Part shown: piece by piece, positions 11,485 to 26,400 of the stretch
Layout of the letters: the number at the start of each line of letters is the position of its first letter
How positions within the stretch are numbered: position 1 is the stretch's first letter
Assembly (NCBI RefSeq): GCF_963921235.1
Contig: NC_086108.1
Coordinates: 52,764,001-52,828,000 of the forward strand
DNA: 64,000 bases
Source: Mobula hypostoma
Taxonomy: Eukaryota
Reading direction: 5' to 3'
Translations under genes and position numbers: made by a program
The notes under the pieces: generated by a model
Told to the model about the DNA's origin: nothing
Databases searched by the model: none
The model's input: only the letters and a program-made list of their open reading frames with translations

Positions 11485-14400
11485 GTAAGTATAAAGGCTT
11501 GCTGTTGATTTACTTCAAATACTTGACTTTTTTTTTCCACTTAGAATGTCTAATAGGGAGAGTAACAAAGATAATGTGGGTTACACATTCTTTTAATTCT
11601 GGGGCTGGATTTGAATACAACAGGATAACATGAAACAGAAAATAGTGGAAATGCTTAGCACAATGACCATCCCCTTGAAAGTGAAAAGGGACATTACTAG
11701 CATTAATATTGAGAACCAAGCTCTGCCTAAAGTTTTGATCAATAATTTTTTCCCCCATTGTCGTTCACTGAGTTCCTTCACTTCTGTTTTTAATCAATTT
11801 TATAATTTTCTTTATCAACTTCCTAGAATTAATACCTGTGTGCATTCTGGATTTTTGTCAGTCACGAGAGATAATGAAAGTCTGGCTTCCACTTCATTTC
11901 TCTAAGTTTCAAGTTGGCTGATGTGACAAATGTTGGATCTGCAGTCTCTGCCACAAATGCAGCAAGAAGTGATGGCTGGTTGGGCAATTCTGGAGAGATG
12001 TAAATAGCACACTGGATCTCTTTGTGCTCCTGATGAATGGACTTGGGGTTCTCAATGTTGTCCTGAAAGCTGTTCCGGCATTTTGAGTAGTTACAGGCTA
12101 GGAATATTATACTTTTTCAAGGTTTTGAGAATATATTTGAATTGTTTCCTCTGTCCATATGGCAATCCAGCTTCTTCCATAATAGAGCTTGAAAATTAAT
12201 CCCTAATTTGAGAGTCCAGTGTATGACATGTGAATTACACAGCTTGCCCATTAGAACCAACTGAGTATAATTATGCCCTTAGTTCTAGGGATTGTGATCT
12301 GGAAGAGGTTGCTGATGTTATTTTGTTTAACCTGTCTGTCAATTGAAAGATTTTGGGGAGTATTGGTAGTACCTGTCCATTGCTTTGAGATGGTTATTAT
12401 AGATTTGCTTTCTAAGAAGTTTACAGGAAGGCAGCTGCTGTAGTGGGAGCCAAGTGTGAGAAATTTACAGGAAGGTGGGGATCACTCTTGTTCATTTGAA
12501 CATGAGCTTTGTGCTAGGTTTGATGTGTTGGTCTTCAAATATGCTTTTCCAATGTGCTTGTCTTCAAGTATTCCTTCCCTCAGACGCCTAAAGCCTGCGG
12601 TGGTGTACTGAAAATGGTATGAATTTCATCATCAATATTTCATTATAACCTGAAGTACTTGAATCTTTCTATTTACATAGTTAACTGAATGACTTATGGC
12701 AGAGCAATTTAGCAAACTTCTCATTTTGGTTGACTGTTCTGAATCTTTTTGAACTTGATGAAAGTTTGGTATGGAACACCATTGCAATCTTTCATGCCAT
12801 AAGTAGAACTTATTTAATCCAATTTTTATGCTAGGGTACCATCATATTAAATACTGATAAATCTTAACCTGAAACTTTGAAAGTATTGTTTAACAGTAGC
12901 CTAGGAATAAATTTGAAAGCAAAGTGTCATTTAAATGCAGTTTTTTTTCCTTTGAGATTTATATTCTGCATCTGTTATTTCTTGATAACAGATTAATGCT
13001 TCTTCTTAAAATCATTTCAACCTGGCTGAATTAAACAGTGAGCAATGATGCATTTGAGTGCTTAAAAACTTGTCTTTAATACCCAAGGTGACTTTAAAGC
13101 AATGCAGTATACTTTATTTGTCACTTGATGTCAATGTCTGTGCACTTACTATGCTTTCCACCCATTCAACAGCTTTCTGCTCCCTAGCCCTGACTGCCTC
13201 ATTTTCATCATGAATGTCCAGTTCCTGTTCACTTCCAGCACCCTTTAGGAAAGCCTCAAGGCCCTCCACTTCTTTCATAATAATTGCCCTGACAAGTTCA
13301 CCTACACCACCACCCTTCTCTGTCTGGCAGAGCTGGTGCTCACCTTTTAACAATTTCACTTTTGGCTCCTCCCTCTTTCTCCGGATCAAAGGTGTAGCTG
13401 TGGACACTCCCATGGGCCTTGGCTATGCCTGCTTTTTCACTGGCTATGTGGAACAATACATGTTCCAGATCCTACTTCAGTAACGCTCACCAATTCGCCA
13501 TCAGATTTCGGAATGATCCATGAACCCATGAAGACTATCTCACCATTTTGCTCATTTTTTGCACTATTTATTTCTTATTATAACTTGTAATATTATTTTA
13601 TATATTTCACTGTATCGCTTCTGTAAAACAACAAATTTCACAATATCTGTAAGTGATAATAAACCTGATTCTGATTCAACTTTTTCACCACTACATTGCT
13701 GCTACTTCCTGAACCCATGCAGAGCTCATTAATTTCATCAACTTCACTTCTAACTTCCACCTTGCCCTTAAATTCACTTGGTCCATTTTTGACACTGCTC
13801 TCCCCTTGCTTGATTTGTCTGTCTCCATCTCCAGACAGTTCCACGTAGCCACTGACATCTTTTACAAACTCACTGACTAACCTCTTCCAACCCTGTCACT
13901 TGCAAAAATGTTATTCCCTTCTCTCAGTTCACCTATCTCCACTGTATCTGTTCTCATAATGAGACATTTCATTCTGAGACAACTGAGATGACTTCTTTCA
14001 GAAAATGGGGTTTCCTCTATACTGTTGTCAGTGAAGCTCTCACCTGCATTGCCGCCATTTCCCTATCCCCTGACACAACAAGGATAGGGTTCACCTTTTC
14101 CTCAACCCATCACCCAGCTCTGCATTTGACATTCCATTCTCCACAACTTCCATCATCTCCAACAGGATCCCACCACTAAGCACAACTTCCCCTCCCCTCT
14201 CCTCTTCACTTTCCACAGAGTCTTCATGATTCCCTTGTCTACTCATCCCTCCCCACTGATACCCTTCCAGGCACTTATCCCTGCAACAATGTTAATTGTT
14301 ATTCCTGCCCCTAGACCTCCTCCCTCATCATACAGGGCCCCAAACAGTCCTTCCAGGTGAGGCAGCATTTCACAGGGTCATTGATTGTGGCTTTGTGTGT

Positions 14401-17400
14401 ATCACTGAGACCCAACACAGTTTGGGGGATTGCTTTGTTGAGCCTTCGCCATAACAATCAAAATCTCCTGGTAGCCAGCTATTTTAATTTCACTTCCCAT
14501 TCCCATACTGACATGTCTGTCTGCACTTCATCTACTGCTATTTTGAGGTCATACTCGGAGGGGTGGAGCAACACCTCATATTCCAACTTGGTTGTCTGCA
14601 ACCTGGTGACATCAACATCAATTTCTCTATCTTCTGGTAACCAACTACTCCCCTCTATTTTCCCACCTACCTCCCTTTGTTTTCCTTTATGCCTTTAGCC
14701 CCTTTACTCCTTTTCTTTCCTCTCCTGCTCACCTACCCACAACCTGCCCACCACCTACACCTTCCTCTATTTGGTTTCCATGTCCTTCCTTTTATTCCAT
14801 GATCTCCTGTCCTCTCATATTCAATTCTTCCTTCAGTCCTTTGGCTCTTCATTTATCACCTCCCAGCTTCTCACATCATTCCTTTTTTCCCCTCCCCACC
14901 TTTCTATCTTCCCCCACCCCCATCCTTTTGTTTGGGCTTCTGCCCTCTATCTTTCCAGTTCTGAAGAAGGGTTTCTGTCTGGAATATTGAATGTCCATTT
15001 CCCTCTATAGATGTTGCATGACCTACTGAGTTCCTCCAGCTTTTTTTGCGTGTTCCACCAATATTTCATTCAGAGTAAATTGTTGTAGTATCCATTTCTA
15101 GCCACTGAGTGGCACTGTAGGAAATAAATTGCAGCAATTATCCGCAGCACTACCCTGTGGCTACTACTCATAATTACATTATCTCTTCTGATATCCAGGT
15201 CACAAGGATAAGGTGTTTTACCCATTAGTAATTTATGGGGAGAGCTGGGTGAGAATTTTATATGTAAAGGTGTATAACTAAATTCAAAATTGCTTTTCAT
15301 TGCAAGCAACAGGAATTCTGCAGATGCTGGAAATTCAAGCAACACACATCAAAGTTGCTGGTGAATGCAGCAGGCCAGGCAGCATCTCTAGGAAGAGGTA
15401 CAGTCGATGTTTCAGGCCGAGACCCTTCGTCAGGACTAACCTTCTGACGAAGGGTCTCAGCTTGAAACGTCGACTATACCTCTTCCTGGAGATGCTCCTG
15501 GCCTGCTGCGTTCACCAGTAACTTTGACGTGTGTTGCTTGCTTTTCATTGGGTGCTTTAGCTTTAAAAAAAAAACAGTGCTGGGCTTTTCCTCAGCTGTA
15601 TTGTTGAATGTTCTAGGAAAGTTGGAATCTCAGTAATTTAAGTGACAGGGATAAAAGTCACTGATGCTGAAAATCTAAGGAATTTTTGTAGTTTGATCTA
15701 GCATTTCAAATTGCTGTCTGCTTTCCTGAAAGTACTGACTTTCATAAAGCTACAATGTCACTTGTAAATAATTCACCCAAATTACCATTCTTCATGTATT
15801 AACCTAGATGGTGAGCGTTGGAAGACAGTTTGGTTGTTTGTGGAGTTTAGCCAAACAAAAAGTAAATGGACAACACAGAATTTAAGGAAAAGTTAATTTT
15901 AAGGCAATATGGGTTGAGGCTAGGTATTACAGCATGACAAATAGAGAAAATTTTAGACTTGCAACTAGTGTCAACAAGGAAAAAACATTTGAATAAGGAG
16001 AAATATTGAGTTCAAGGGGAAGCTGATGAATTTGAGGACAAAGACTGCAAGAAAAGTTTTGAAGTGGGGCAATGAAACCAAATATCGTTTAACCCCTTTT
16101 TCCCTTGAGCCTGGCATTCAACAAGCCAGCTTTTAATGCAAGGGTTGTGCAAGAAATAGCATGAGTTTAATGTGAAATAGATAGCAGGATGGATGTATTA
16201 TCAAGAAGTGATTGGATGCTTCCAGCTGATGTGGTGAAGATGTACTCTGGAATTAGTTGCACAGTAACCACAGTGTTCTTAATATAGAAAATAGAACACC
16301 GAACATTACAGCAAAGAAACGAGCCATTTGGCCAACAATGTTGTGCCGAACCAGCTAAAAAGCAATTCAAAAACACCCAAGCACTAATCCCTCCTACCTG
16401 CACAATGTCCATATCCCTCCTCCTTCCTTATGTTCATGTACCTATCCAAACGTCTCTTAAAAGCCTCTAATATATTTGCCTGTACCACCATACCAGGCAT
16501 CCATGACCCTCTGAGTCAAAAAAAACTTACCCTTCACATTCCCCATGAACCTACCTCTTCTCACCTTCAAAACATGCCCTCTGGTATTAGACATTTCAAC
16601 CCTTGGAAACAGATGCTCCCTGTCTACTCTACCTATGCCTTCCATAATCTTAGAAGCCTCAACCTTCAGGGTCCCAGAGAAAACAACCCAAGATTATCCA
16701 GCCTCTCATGATAGCACATACCCTCTAAACCAGGGAGTATCCTGGTAAACCTCTTCTGCACCCTCTCCAAAGCCTCAACATCCTTCCTGTAGTTGGGAGA
16801 CCAGGACTGTATGCAATACTCAAGATATGGCTTCACCGGAGTTTTTAAAAGTTGTGACATAATCTCTTGACTTTTGAACTCAGTGCCTCGACTAATAAAA
16901 GCAAACATTCCATAAGCCTTCTTAACCACCTTATCGACCTGTGTAGCCACTTTGAAGGAGCCATGAACTTGGATCCCAAGATCTCTCTGTCCAGCAAAAC
17001 TGAAACAATGTACTGTCTCCTTGCATTTGCCCTACCAAGGTGCAACACCTTATATTTATCTGGATTAAACTCCATCTGCCGTTTCTCAGCCATATCTGCA
17101 ACTGTTCTATAACGCACTGTATTCTTTGCAGTCTTCTACACTATCCACAACTTCCCCAATCTTGGTATCATCCACAAACTTACTACCCCATTCATTTATA
17201 TTTACATTCAGGTCATTTATAGACATCACAAACAGCAGGGGTCCCAGCACTGATCCCTGCAGAACACCACTAGTTACAAAGCCTTCAGCTCGAATAAGTC
17301 TCTTTAACCACTACCCTCTGAGTTCTATGTGCAAGCCAATTCTGAATCTAAACTGCTAATTTGCTGTGAATCCCATGCACCTTAATCTTCCAGATCAGCC

Positions 17401-20400
17401 TCCATGAGGGACTTTGTCAAATGCCTTACTAAACTGCATGTAGACAACATCCACTGCCCTACCCTCATCAATCCCTCTCATCAGCTTGTCAAAAAACTCG
17501 ATCAAGTTGGAAAGACACGACCTGCCCCGCACAGAGCTGTGCTGGCTCTCCCTAATTAGCCCATGGGTTTCCAAATGCTCATATCCTAACCCTAAGAATT
17601 TTTTCCAGCAATTTCCCTACAACAGTCGTGAGACTCACCAGTCTATAGTTCCCAGGATTTTCCCTTGTTCCTCTTTTAAATAGAGATACAACATTAGCAA
17701 CTCAGTAGTCCTCCAGGACATTGCCTGTGGCTAGAGAGGACATGAAGATACTGATCAAGGTTCCAGCAATCTTGTCTCTTGCGTCCTTCAATAACCTCGG
17801 GTAAATTCTCCCCCTTGAGAATATCCTGCATTACAGTGCAGTTATTCTAGTACCCCGGAGGCAACACGTTATCCTGGTGAATCTTTTGCGGCCACAGCAT
17901 CTCCTTTCTGTCCCCCTGACTATCGAGTCCCCTAAACTACCGCACTGCCTGACTTAACCCTTCCCTGTTCTTGTTCAGTTACACATCAGCCTTCAATTTG
18001 AGAAGGTGAGAAATGCCTTCCATATTCCAATTTGGTTAATTATTGCCTTATCATTCTCCTCAATCTAATATGGTGCCACATGGGGGTTAATGGAAACTAT
18101 TGGCATCCTTGTGTACCATGTTTCCAGTAAGTTTTCACAGATCAAGAAACTTAAGTTCCTAGTCTGAGCTAGAATCCAAGTTATAGACGTTGTGGTGCAT
18201 CAGGGAGGAGGAAATTTTGTTCCAGGAGGTAGTCACACATCTTATATTAAGTACTGTGCATTTGATCAATCAAAAGGTAAAGGAGGATGTGGGAAGTAGG
18301 TATGAGAATCCAGAGGTTAGGGTTTCAGGGGTCTGTCCTTGCACTTGTCCATAACGTAGAGGATTATTACAGTCCGTGTGGATGAGATCAGACACTGAAT
18401 GGAGGATGAGCAAAATGTCGATATGTTGTATGGGAGGGGGCTTTGCATTGGAGGAGTGAAAAATAGTCTAGTGGTAGTAGGAGACAGTTTAGTTCTAGGT
18501 ATAGATAGCATTCTCTGCAGTTGCAAGTATGAGGCCTGAAGGATGTATCACTAACCAAGGTAAGAATATTTTATTGGGAAGTGTAGATACAGTTGTGATC
18601 CATGTAGAAAGAAAGATGGGATAAGAAAAGAGATTCTGTGGAGCCAGTGTAGGCAGGTAGGGTCCGCATAAAGAAACAGAACTATAAAGGTAGTTAGTGT
18701 GTTGATATTCTGCAACCAGAGGTTAGAAAGCAGGACTGTAAAGATAATAAATCTCCTTACTCCTTACTTAAAACATGTGCCATGTATTCATGAGTATAGA
18801 AAGGCGAAGATAGAACAGGTGAATGGTTGAAAAGAATGAATGTAGGAGGGAGGGATTTAGATTTCTGAGGAATAGGAGCTTTCCCTGAATGAGGTTGAAT
18901 CTCAGCAAATCAGATGGATTCCATTTTAGTGGAACTGGGTCACTTGATTTGCTAGTGCTGTTGTGGAGGATTTAAACCTATTTGTCAGGGAAAGGGAAAC
19001 ATGAGGATTTAATTAGGAGGAGAAGTTTAGGTGGAGATGGAAGTTAGGTGTTCAACTGAAGTGGCATTTAGGAAAGCAAAGAGAAAGGAAAGTCAATAGG
19101 GCAGAGTAATGACAAAAATAATTATCCAGCTTATTTGAGAAAGGGGCTTCTGAGGGATATAGTTGGGAACTTACTACTCAAGCATATTTGACGTTTGAGC
19201 ACTACTGGCAGAAAGGAAAACGAGGTAGGAAAACCCTGTAATTGAAGGATGAGAGGTGAGTAAACATTGCAATAATATAACAAACATATTGATAAAAGGA
19301 TCAAGTAGATATATTCGGTTTTGCAGGGGTATTCCATTAGGAAACCATAAGTTCTGATACAACCAGGAAATAAGTTATCCAAAATTGTTGAATTCAGTAT
19401 TGAGTTCTGAAGGCTGTATTGTGTATTGGTGAAAAATTCAAGTATATGTTGGGCTTCTTGGAACACCAGGCTGCCGAAGGCAAGAATACTAGAACAGGAC
19501 AGTGAATTAGTAATGAGTGATTAAATTTCAGTTACTCCTACTGATTGAATAGTTATTCCGCAGTCACCTTATTGGAAGGAGTTCAAGTGAATTGCTGCTT
19601 CACCAAGAAAGATAGTTTGGAGGTAGAAAAGGAAGTGTTACATCTTCTGTATTTGCACAGGGAAGTGCCATGAGAAGAGTAGTTAGTAGAGGTAGAAGAG
19701 CAAACCAGGAAGTCTGGAAGGCAATAGTTGCTTTGGTTGGCGGTGGGGGTGGGGGGAGGAAGATGGGCAAAATTGTGTTTGATGCTGAAATCTTGTTGAA
19801 GGTGTTGAAAATTACAGAGGAGGATTGGTTGAGTGTGAAGGCCAGTAGCATAGAAAGTGGGGAGGAAAGCTGGGAGCTTGTTCTTGCTCTGCCTGGAAGA
19901 AGGGGAGTGGACATAGAAGTGTAGGAATTGGAACAGGATTGATGGATCTGTCAACTTTGCTGGAGGGGAAAAAACTATTGTTAACCTTTTCATGCATTGA
20001 CTCTAAGAAACTTTATAATTCATCATCATATTTCCAACTAAGATTACGACAGAGTTGTGAACAGCAAGTTTAGTGTGAGATCAATGTCCATAAAATTTGA
20101 AATTACTGGTGTTACTTTTTTCTGTCAGACAAAAGTGGTCCCTCCTTCCAATTAAGCTCATGCATTATTAACATTTTATAAATTTCATATTATATAAAAC
20201 TATTATACTAGCATTGATTTTCTCTCTTAAAATTCTTCATTGTGTACTGTATTGAAGCAATTTTGTATTATTGGAGGTGCCATTTTTTTGAGCAATGTGA
20301 CCACACTGCAAAAGTGATTCTTTAACTGTCAAAACACGTTACTGTATTTGCAGTGTTGAATAAATAGTGTTTCTCTCCTTTTCGGTTTCTAGTGCCCTTA

Positions 20401-23400
20401 GTGTTCAACCATGCTCATTCAGAAAGTATACTTGCACTTTAATAATGGCCAACATGACTGTCACATTCCAAAGCACTTTATAATTAATAAGCACTTTTGA
20501 AATATAGTCATTGTTGTAATGAGTGATTCTTGACTGTTCTCCACAGAGCAGAACAAATGATCTTTTCAGGTTTTATTAGTCAGGTTACTGTCACTAAATT
20601 TTAAAGGGATTGATTTTGTTTATGTTCTGTTGCTTTCCATTTTCCAGGAAAGGATGAGAGTGCATCAGGCTGCACAGATACAGTAACAAACACTGAACTG
20701 ATTTCAGATAATGTGCATCAGTTCCGTAAGGACTTCATCACTAGGATTTGGCTAACATACCGACGTGAGTTCCCACAGTTAAAAGGATGCACTCTCACAA
20801 CAGATTGTGGCTGGGGCTGCACACTGAGGTCTGGTCAAATGTTGTTAGCACAAAGTCTTCTGCTCCATTTTCTTGGTCGAGGTGAGTTTGTTTCGATGAT
20901 CATCAGCAGTAGATTTTGCAATGTTGTTTTAGTAATGTATTAAAATGCTCACTGTCTACATGGGAGCAGATGTACCAACAATATTTCTGGCTTGTTCATT
21001 ATTTGTGCCATGTTGGTTGAATTGAACTGCAGTGGTGATAGGATGACAACATGGAAGGGAATTAATTGCTAATCACCATCTAATGAGTCAACTGAAAATG
21101 CATGTCTATGGGACAATAGTATGTCAACTTGATGAGGTATGGCTGTATAAACTGGCCAGTTGTTTGAAGTACCAGAAGGAACAAGGCATCATGCCTGAGA
21201 AAGAATCCAAAACTTTCAAGTCAAGAAATAACCAGAGACAATTCAATGTGAAAAGAAGGTAAGTCAAGTATCACTAATCTATTGAACTGCAAACCATAAA
21301 TTCTGATTCTAGCTTTAAATTATTGCTGTTGTAAGTATATCGTGTGATACAGATAACATATTTTCTCCTTTACAGCTGTTCTGTAGTTGTAATCTGATTT
21401 CTGGCAGGAAGGTCAAGAATGGCCTAGTTTTGTTGCATTTCCAATGCTTGGCATACTTGTGCTTGAAAATCATTAATCAGCAGTGAGAACTGGGAAACAC
21501 AGGGTAACTTCTTTTTGAGATGCACTGAATCAACAGTCACTAGATAAGGATTAGCTAACTCAGGAAATGATGACTGTTCTATATCAACTATTTGCCCTGC
21601 TATGCTAATGGGAGAGGCTGAATATTTCTCTCTAGCAATCCTCAATATCTTCATTTAAAAATAAATCTAATCAGTTGGTTATTTTTCTTTCCAGATTGGG
21701 TATGGGCAGACGTGCCACAGATGGTTCCGTTAGAATCTGAGTTATTCAAATCCAACACATCAGAGACTGATGAATCAGGTTTTACCTTCCTACCACCTTT
21801 AGAAAAATCACTACAGGACATGAGTGAACAACTGGACTTGCCAAGTAATGAAAAGCGATCTCTAAATCCAGTCAGCACAACAAATGAGGATGAAAAGTTG
21901 CACAGAACTATAATCACTTGGTTAGGCGACAGTCCAGAGGCAATATTTGGAATACATAAACTGATAGAGTTGGGTGAAAACTCTGACAAGCGAGCTGGAG
22001 ATTGGTATGGCCCAGCTTTAGTTGCACATATTCTAAGGTGAGTGGACATTGCAGGCTGTTTATGGAAACTCGATGCAGGACAGCTACTAGGTAGAGAAAT
22101 GAAGATGAGAAACAAGAAGGTCAAAAGAATTTTAACATACTAAGTTCAGATACCCAATTGCATAATCAGCCTTGGTTTTTATACATTAAGGCTTTGGAAA
22201 GGAGGCAAAGAACTTGTAAATGAAATATCTGGTTTTAATCAAGGACAAAATTTCAGAGGAACTATTGTGATGAGGCTTAAAAACAAAAGAATCAAATATT
22301 AACCAAATGTTTTTGTATTCTTGGTATTTTGGGTAAATTTTTTCACCTCATCTAGTTGGCCAGATAAATTGTGACTAAGAGAGGTGGCATGTGCCATGCC
22401 AGATGATGCAGGTTTCATTTCCTGCTTGTGATCTTTCTCCTGCAGCAGCTGAATGTAATTGGGTTCAAATGTGTATTTGTTCTTGCACAATAGAGACTGC
22501 TTTGAATTCATTTTTTATCGTGCATTTTATTCCCTTTTTAACATTGTTTTATTTATGAAACAACTTTACTGTAATAATTATATAAGTTCTAACTTTAGTT
22601 TAAATGTGGGTCTATTCCTCCTATAGTATTGGATATTGCTTCAAGAGGAAGAACTAACAAGGGAAACACAAGAACTGCCATGGTGTGGCTATTTTACTTA
22701 TGAAAGAAGTTGCAGAACTGGGAGCTACTGTTAAACTAATTTGGAAAGTTATCGCAATAAATCTGAATATGTGTTACAAGCAGATGGATATGTGTCCAAT
22801 GTTAGGATTACCAATTGGCTGAACTATCTTCTGGGTTGCCGTTTACTTAGTACCATGTGGAATAGGGTTATTTAGTTCACCGGCTCCAAAGGGAGTCAAC
22901 AGAACTATCCTATTGGTTCCATATTATGTCGTTTCATCAGAGCCCTCTAGTCTATTCTCCCTGGTATGTCCATGTGCTGCCTTTGTCAGTTAGCTACAAT
23001 AAGGGGTACTTTACAATAATCAGTTAATCTTTCAGCATATGTTTGGAAGGGCCAGGAAACACAAGGACATCATGCAAACTTCATGCAGTCCACTCCTGGG
23101 ACCTGGAAGTGTGTGCTAACTGCTGCACAAGTGTATCACCATGCTTTTCTAGCTATCCTGCTCATTCTCATATCAACCCAGCTGTAATTGGCCTGCAAAG
23201 CTTGTGAATATGCATTATGTGCATATCTCAACATGAATGGTTGAAGTTGGAGTATTTGGAAATGAATGTGCCCTTATGGTCCAGAGAGATACTGCATCTC
23301 TACGTGTGATCATCTTGAGATAATCTGGTATTAGAATGCCATGAGACAGTACCAGTCCAAAGTTGAGACCCAGTAACGTATCAAGTCTCACATGCTATAA

Positions 23401-26400
23401 TGGGCTACAAAACAAAGTTGGACAGCCTCGCTGACAATGCATCCGTTCCCAATGAGCTTAACACATGTTTTGAACAGAAGAGGATTAAAATATCATCACC
23501 TACCCTGATAGCCTCTAATGTACCTGAACCCACAGTCACATATGATCAATCTTCCAGAGAGTGAACCCATAGAAAGCATCTGGCCAGGGTGGTTTCCCTG
23601 ACTGTTTTCTTAGATCCTCTACAGATCAGCTAGTGGGGTGACGACAGACATTTTTTAACATTTTTTAAGGCCAGTCCCAAAAGGACAGCCAAACCATCAA
23701 TGTGTAAAAGACAAAAAGTGTGCAAATACACAAGAGGAAAGAGAAATAATAAGAAATAAGAAAATCACAAAGATTAGAAGAAGAGTCCTTCAGTTGTGGG
23801 AACGGTTCATTGATGGGGCAAATGAAGTTGAGTGAAGTTATCCCCTCTGGTTCAAGAGGCTGATGGTTGAGTGCTAATAATTATTCCTGAACCTGGTGGT
23901 GTGGGTCCTGAAGTTCCTGTATCATCTTCCTGATGGCAGCAATGAGAGGGAGCATGGCCTGGGTGGTAGGGATGGGGATGGTCCTTGATGATGGATTCTG
24001 CTTTCCTGCAACAGTACTCCATGTAGATGTGCTCAATGATGGGGTGGGCTTTGCTCATGATGGACTGGGCCGTATCCACTACTTTTTGTAGTTTTTTTCA
24101 TTGGAGGGCATTGGTGTTTCCATACCAGGCCATGATCAACCGTTCAATATCCTCCCAATACACATCTATAGAAGTTTGTCAAAGTTTTAGCTGACATGCA
24201 GAATCTTTCAAACTTCTAAGAAAATAGAGGGGAAGCTGTGCTTTCTTTGTAATGTCACTTACGTGCTGGACCCAGGACAGACGCTTTGAAATAATAACAC
24301 CAAGGATTTAAAGTTGCTGATCCCCTGCACCTCCGATTTCCCCCAATGAGATCTGGCTCATAGTCCTTCATTGTTAACTTGCTGACTTGGTCTTGTTCTT
24401 CTGGCCAGATTTTCAATTTCCCTTCTATATGTTGATTCGTTACCACCTTTGAGTCAGCAATGACAGTGGTGTTGTCAGCAAATTTAAATGGAGCATTGGA
24501 GCTGTGCTTAGCCCCCTGCTCTACTCGCTTTATACTTGTGACTGTGAGGCTAAGCACACAGCCCTGTAGCGCACCTGTGCTGATGGTTGGGAAAGACTAT
24601 GAATGAGATTGTGGGGATGATCTGAATGATATTGTGGGGACACACTCATCTATGACAGTTTATTAAAAAGTCTATGGTGTATTGGTTCAGATCCTCTGAG
24701 TCCTTGAACACAGCCCTGTCCACCGAATCGAAGCAATCCTGTAGATGCTTTTCTGACTCCTGCGATCACCTCTTTGTCATCCTTACCTCTGGAGCCTTGC
24801 TCTTTAGCCTCTGGCTGTATGCGGTTAGGACGACAACCAAGTAATCAGATTTCCTGAAATGCGGTCTAGGCATGAAACAGTAGGCATTTCTAATCATATA
24901 GCAGTGTTTGTGTATATTGGACCCCCTGATGTTGCAAATGATATGTTGATGATTTAAGTCCCTGATAATGATTAGAAAGGTGTTGAGATAGGCTGTTCCT
25001 TGTTTGCTGATGGCAACACTCAGTAAATCAAGTGCCTGCATAACAGCAGCTTTTGGTAGTAAGTGAACTGCAATCATGATCACGGAGGAGAACTCTCTTG
25101 GTAAATAGAATGGTCAGTGCTTAATCATTAGATGTTCCAGATTAGAGGAACAAGAGTGTGACAAGAACGCTGTGTCTGAGCACCACAAAGAGCTTATCTT
25201 GAAACACAGATGCCACATTTTGCCTTCTCTGAATCAGCAGTCTAGTCCATCGAGAATATCAAGAAGCCCTTGGGCCTTACTGATGTATTCAGCATTTCTG
25301 GAGTGAGCCATGTCTCCGTGAAACAGAGAATGCAACAATACCTCATTTCCCTCCAATACAGAAATCTTGCCCTTAGGTCTTCAATCTTGTTCTCCAGTGA
25401 CTGTACATTTTCTAATAAGTTGCTGGTTAGAGAAAGTTTCATGCCCCTTCATTTAGCCTGGCTTGGAGTCCTCAACTCCGTCCTCTCTGTTGCCTGTGTC
25501 AGTTTACCTTTGTCCGCTTAAAGCGTGCCTGAGAATCAAGTCCGTTGAGTTCTTCAGAAGATTGTGAAATGGCAAGTTTGTTAAGACAGTTCAAAATTGT
25601 GTTACTTGAAGAAAATTACAGACTGCAGATTGCATTGAGAGTAGTTCAAAAGAAGCATATTTAGAAGTTTTACAAGTTTTCTGCAACACGTCGCTATAGT
25701 TTCCTAGTGCCACCTTGCCTCACTTTCATCCATTACCTCAGAAAAACAAGGTAATATGCCTTCATGACTACTGCCCAGTTGCTCTGACATCCATTCATGA
25801 AATGCTTCATGGTATGCATCAACTTCAGCCTCCCAGACAACCTTGATCCACTGCAATTCACCTACTGCCAAAACAGTTCTATGGTGGACACCGTTTCACT
25901 TGCCCTACATTCACGTCTGGAGCATCTGGACAGATTTTTGTTTATTGGCTTCAGCTCTGCCTTTAGTACTATAATTCCAATCCAACTGACACTTTTGTCC
26001 TAGGACCCAACTCCTTCCTCTGCCTTGGCTTCCTGACCAACAATGAGAGTGCAGATGATCAGTAAAGACAGTCTGCAACACCTCTGCCACAATCATCCTC
26101 AACATTGGTGTCCCACAAGGCTGCATTCTCAGCCCTCTACTCTAATCCCTGTACTCTTACATCTATGTGGCCAGATTCTGCTCTAGCTCCATCTGTATGT
26201 TTGCAGATGATGCCACTCAGGACATCTTTAGGGAGCGGTGTCTCAGAAAGGCAGTGTCCATTATTAAGGACCTCCAGCATCCAGGGCATGCCCTTTTCTC
26301 ACTGTTACCTTCAGGCAGGAGGAACAGAAGCCTGAAGACACACACTCAGCGATTCAGGAACAGCTTCTTCCCCTCTGCCATCTGATTCCTAAATGGACAT

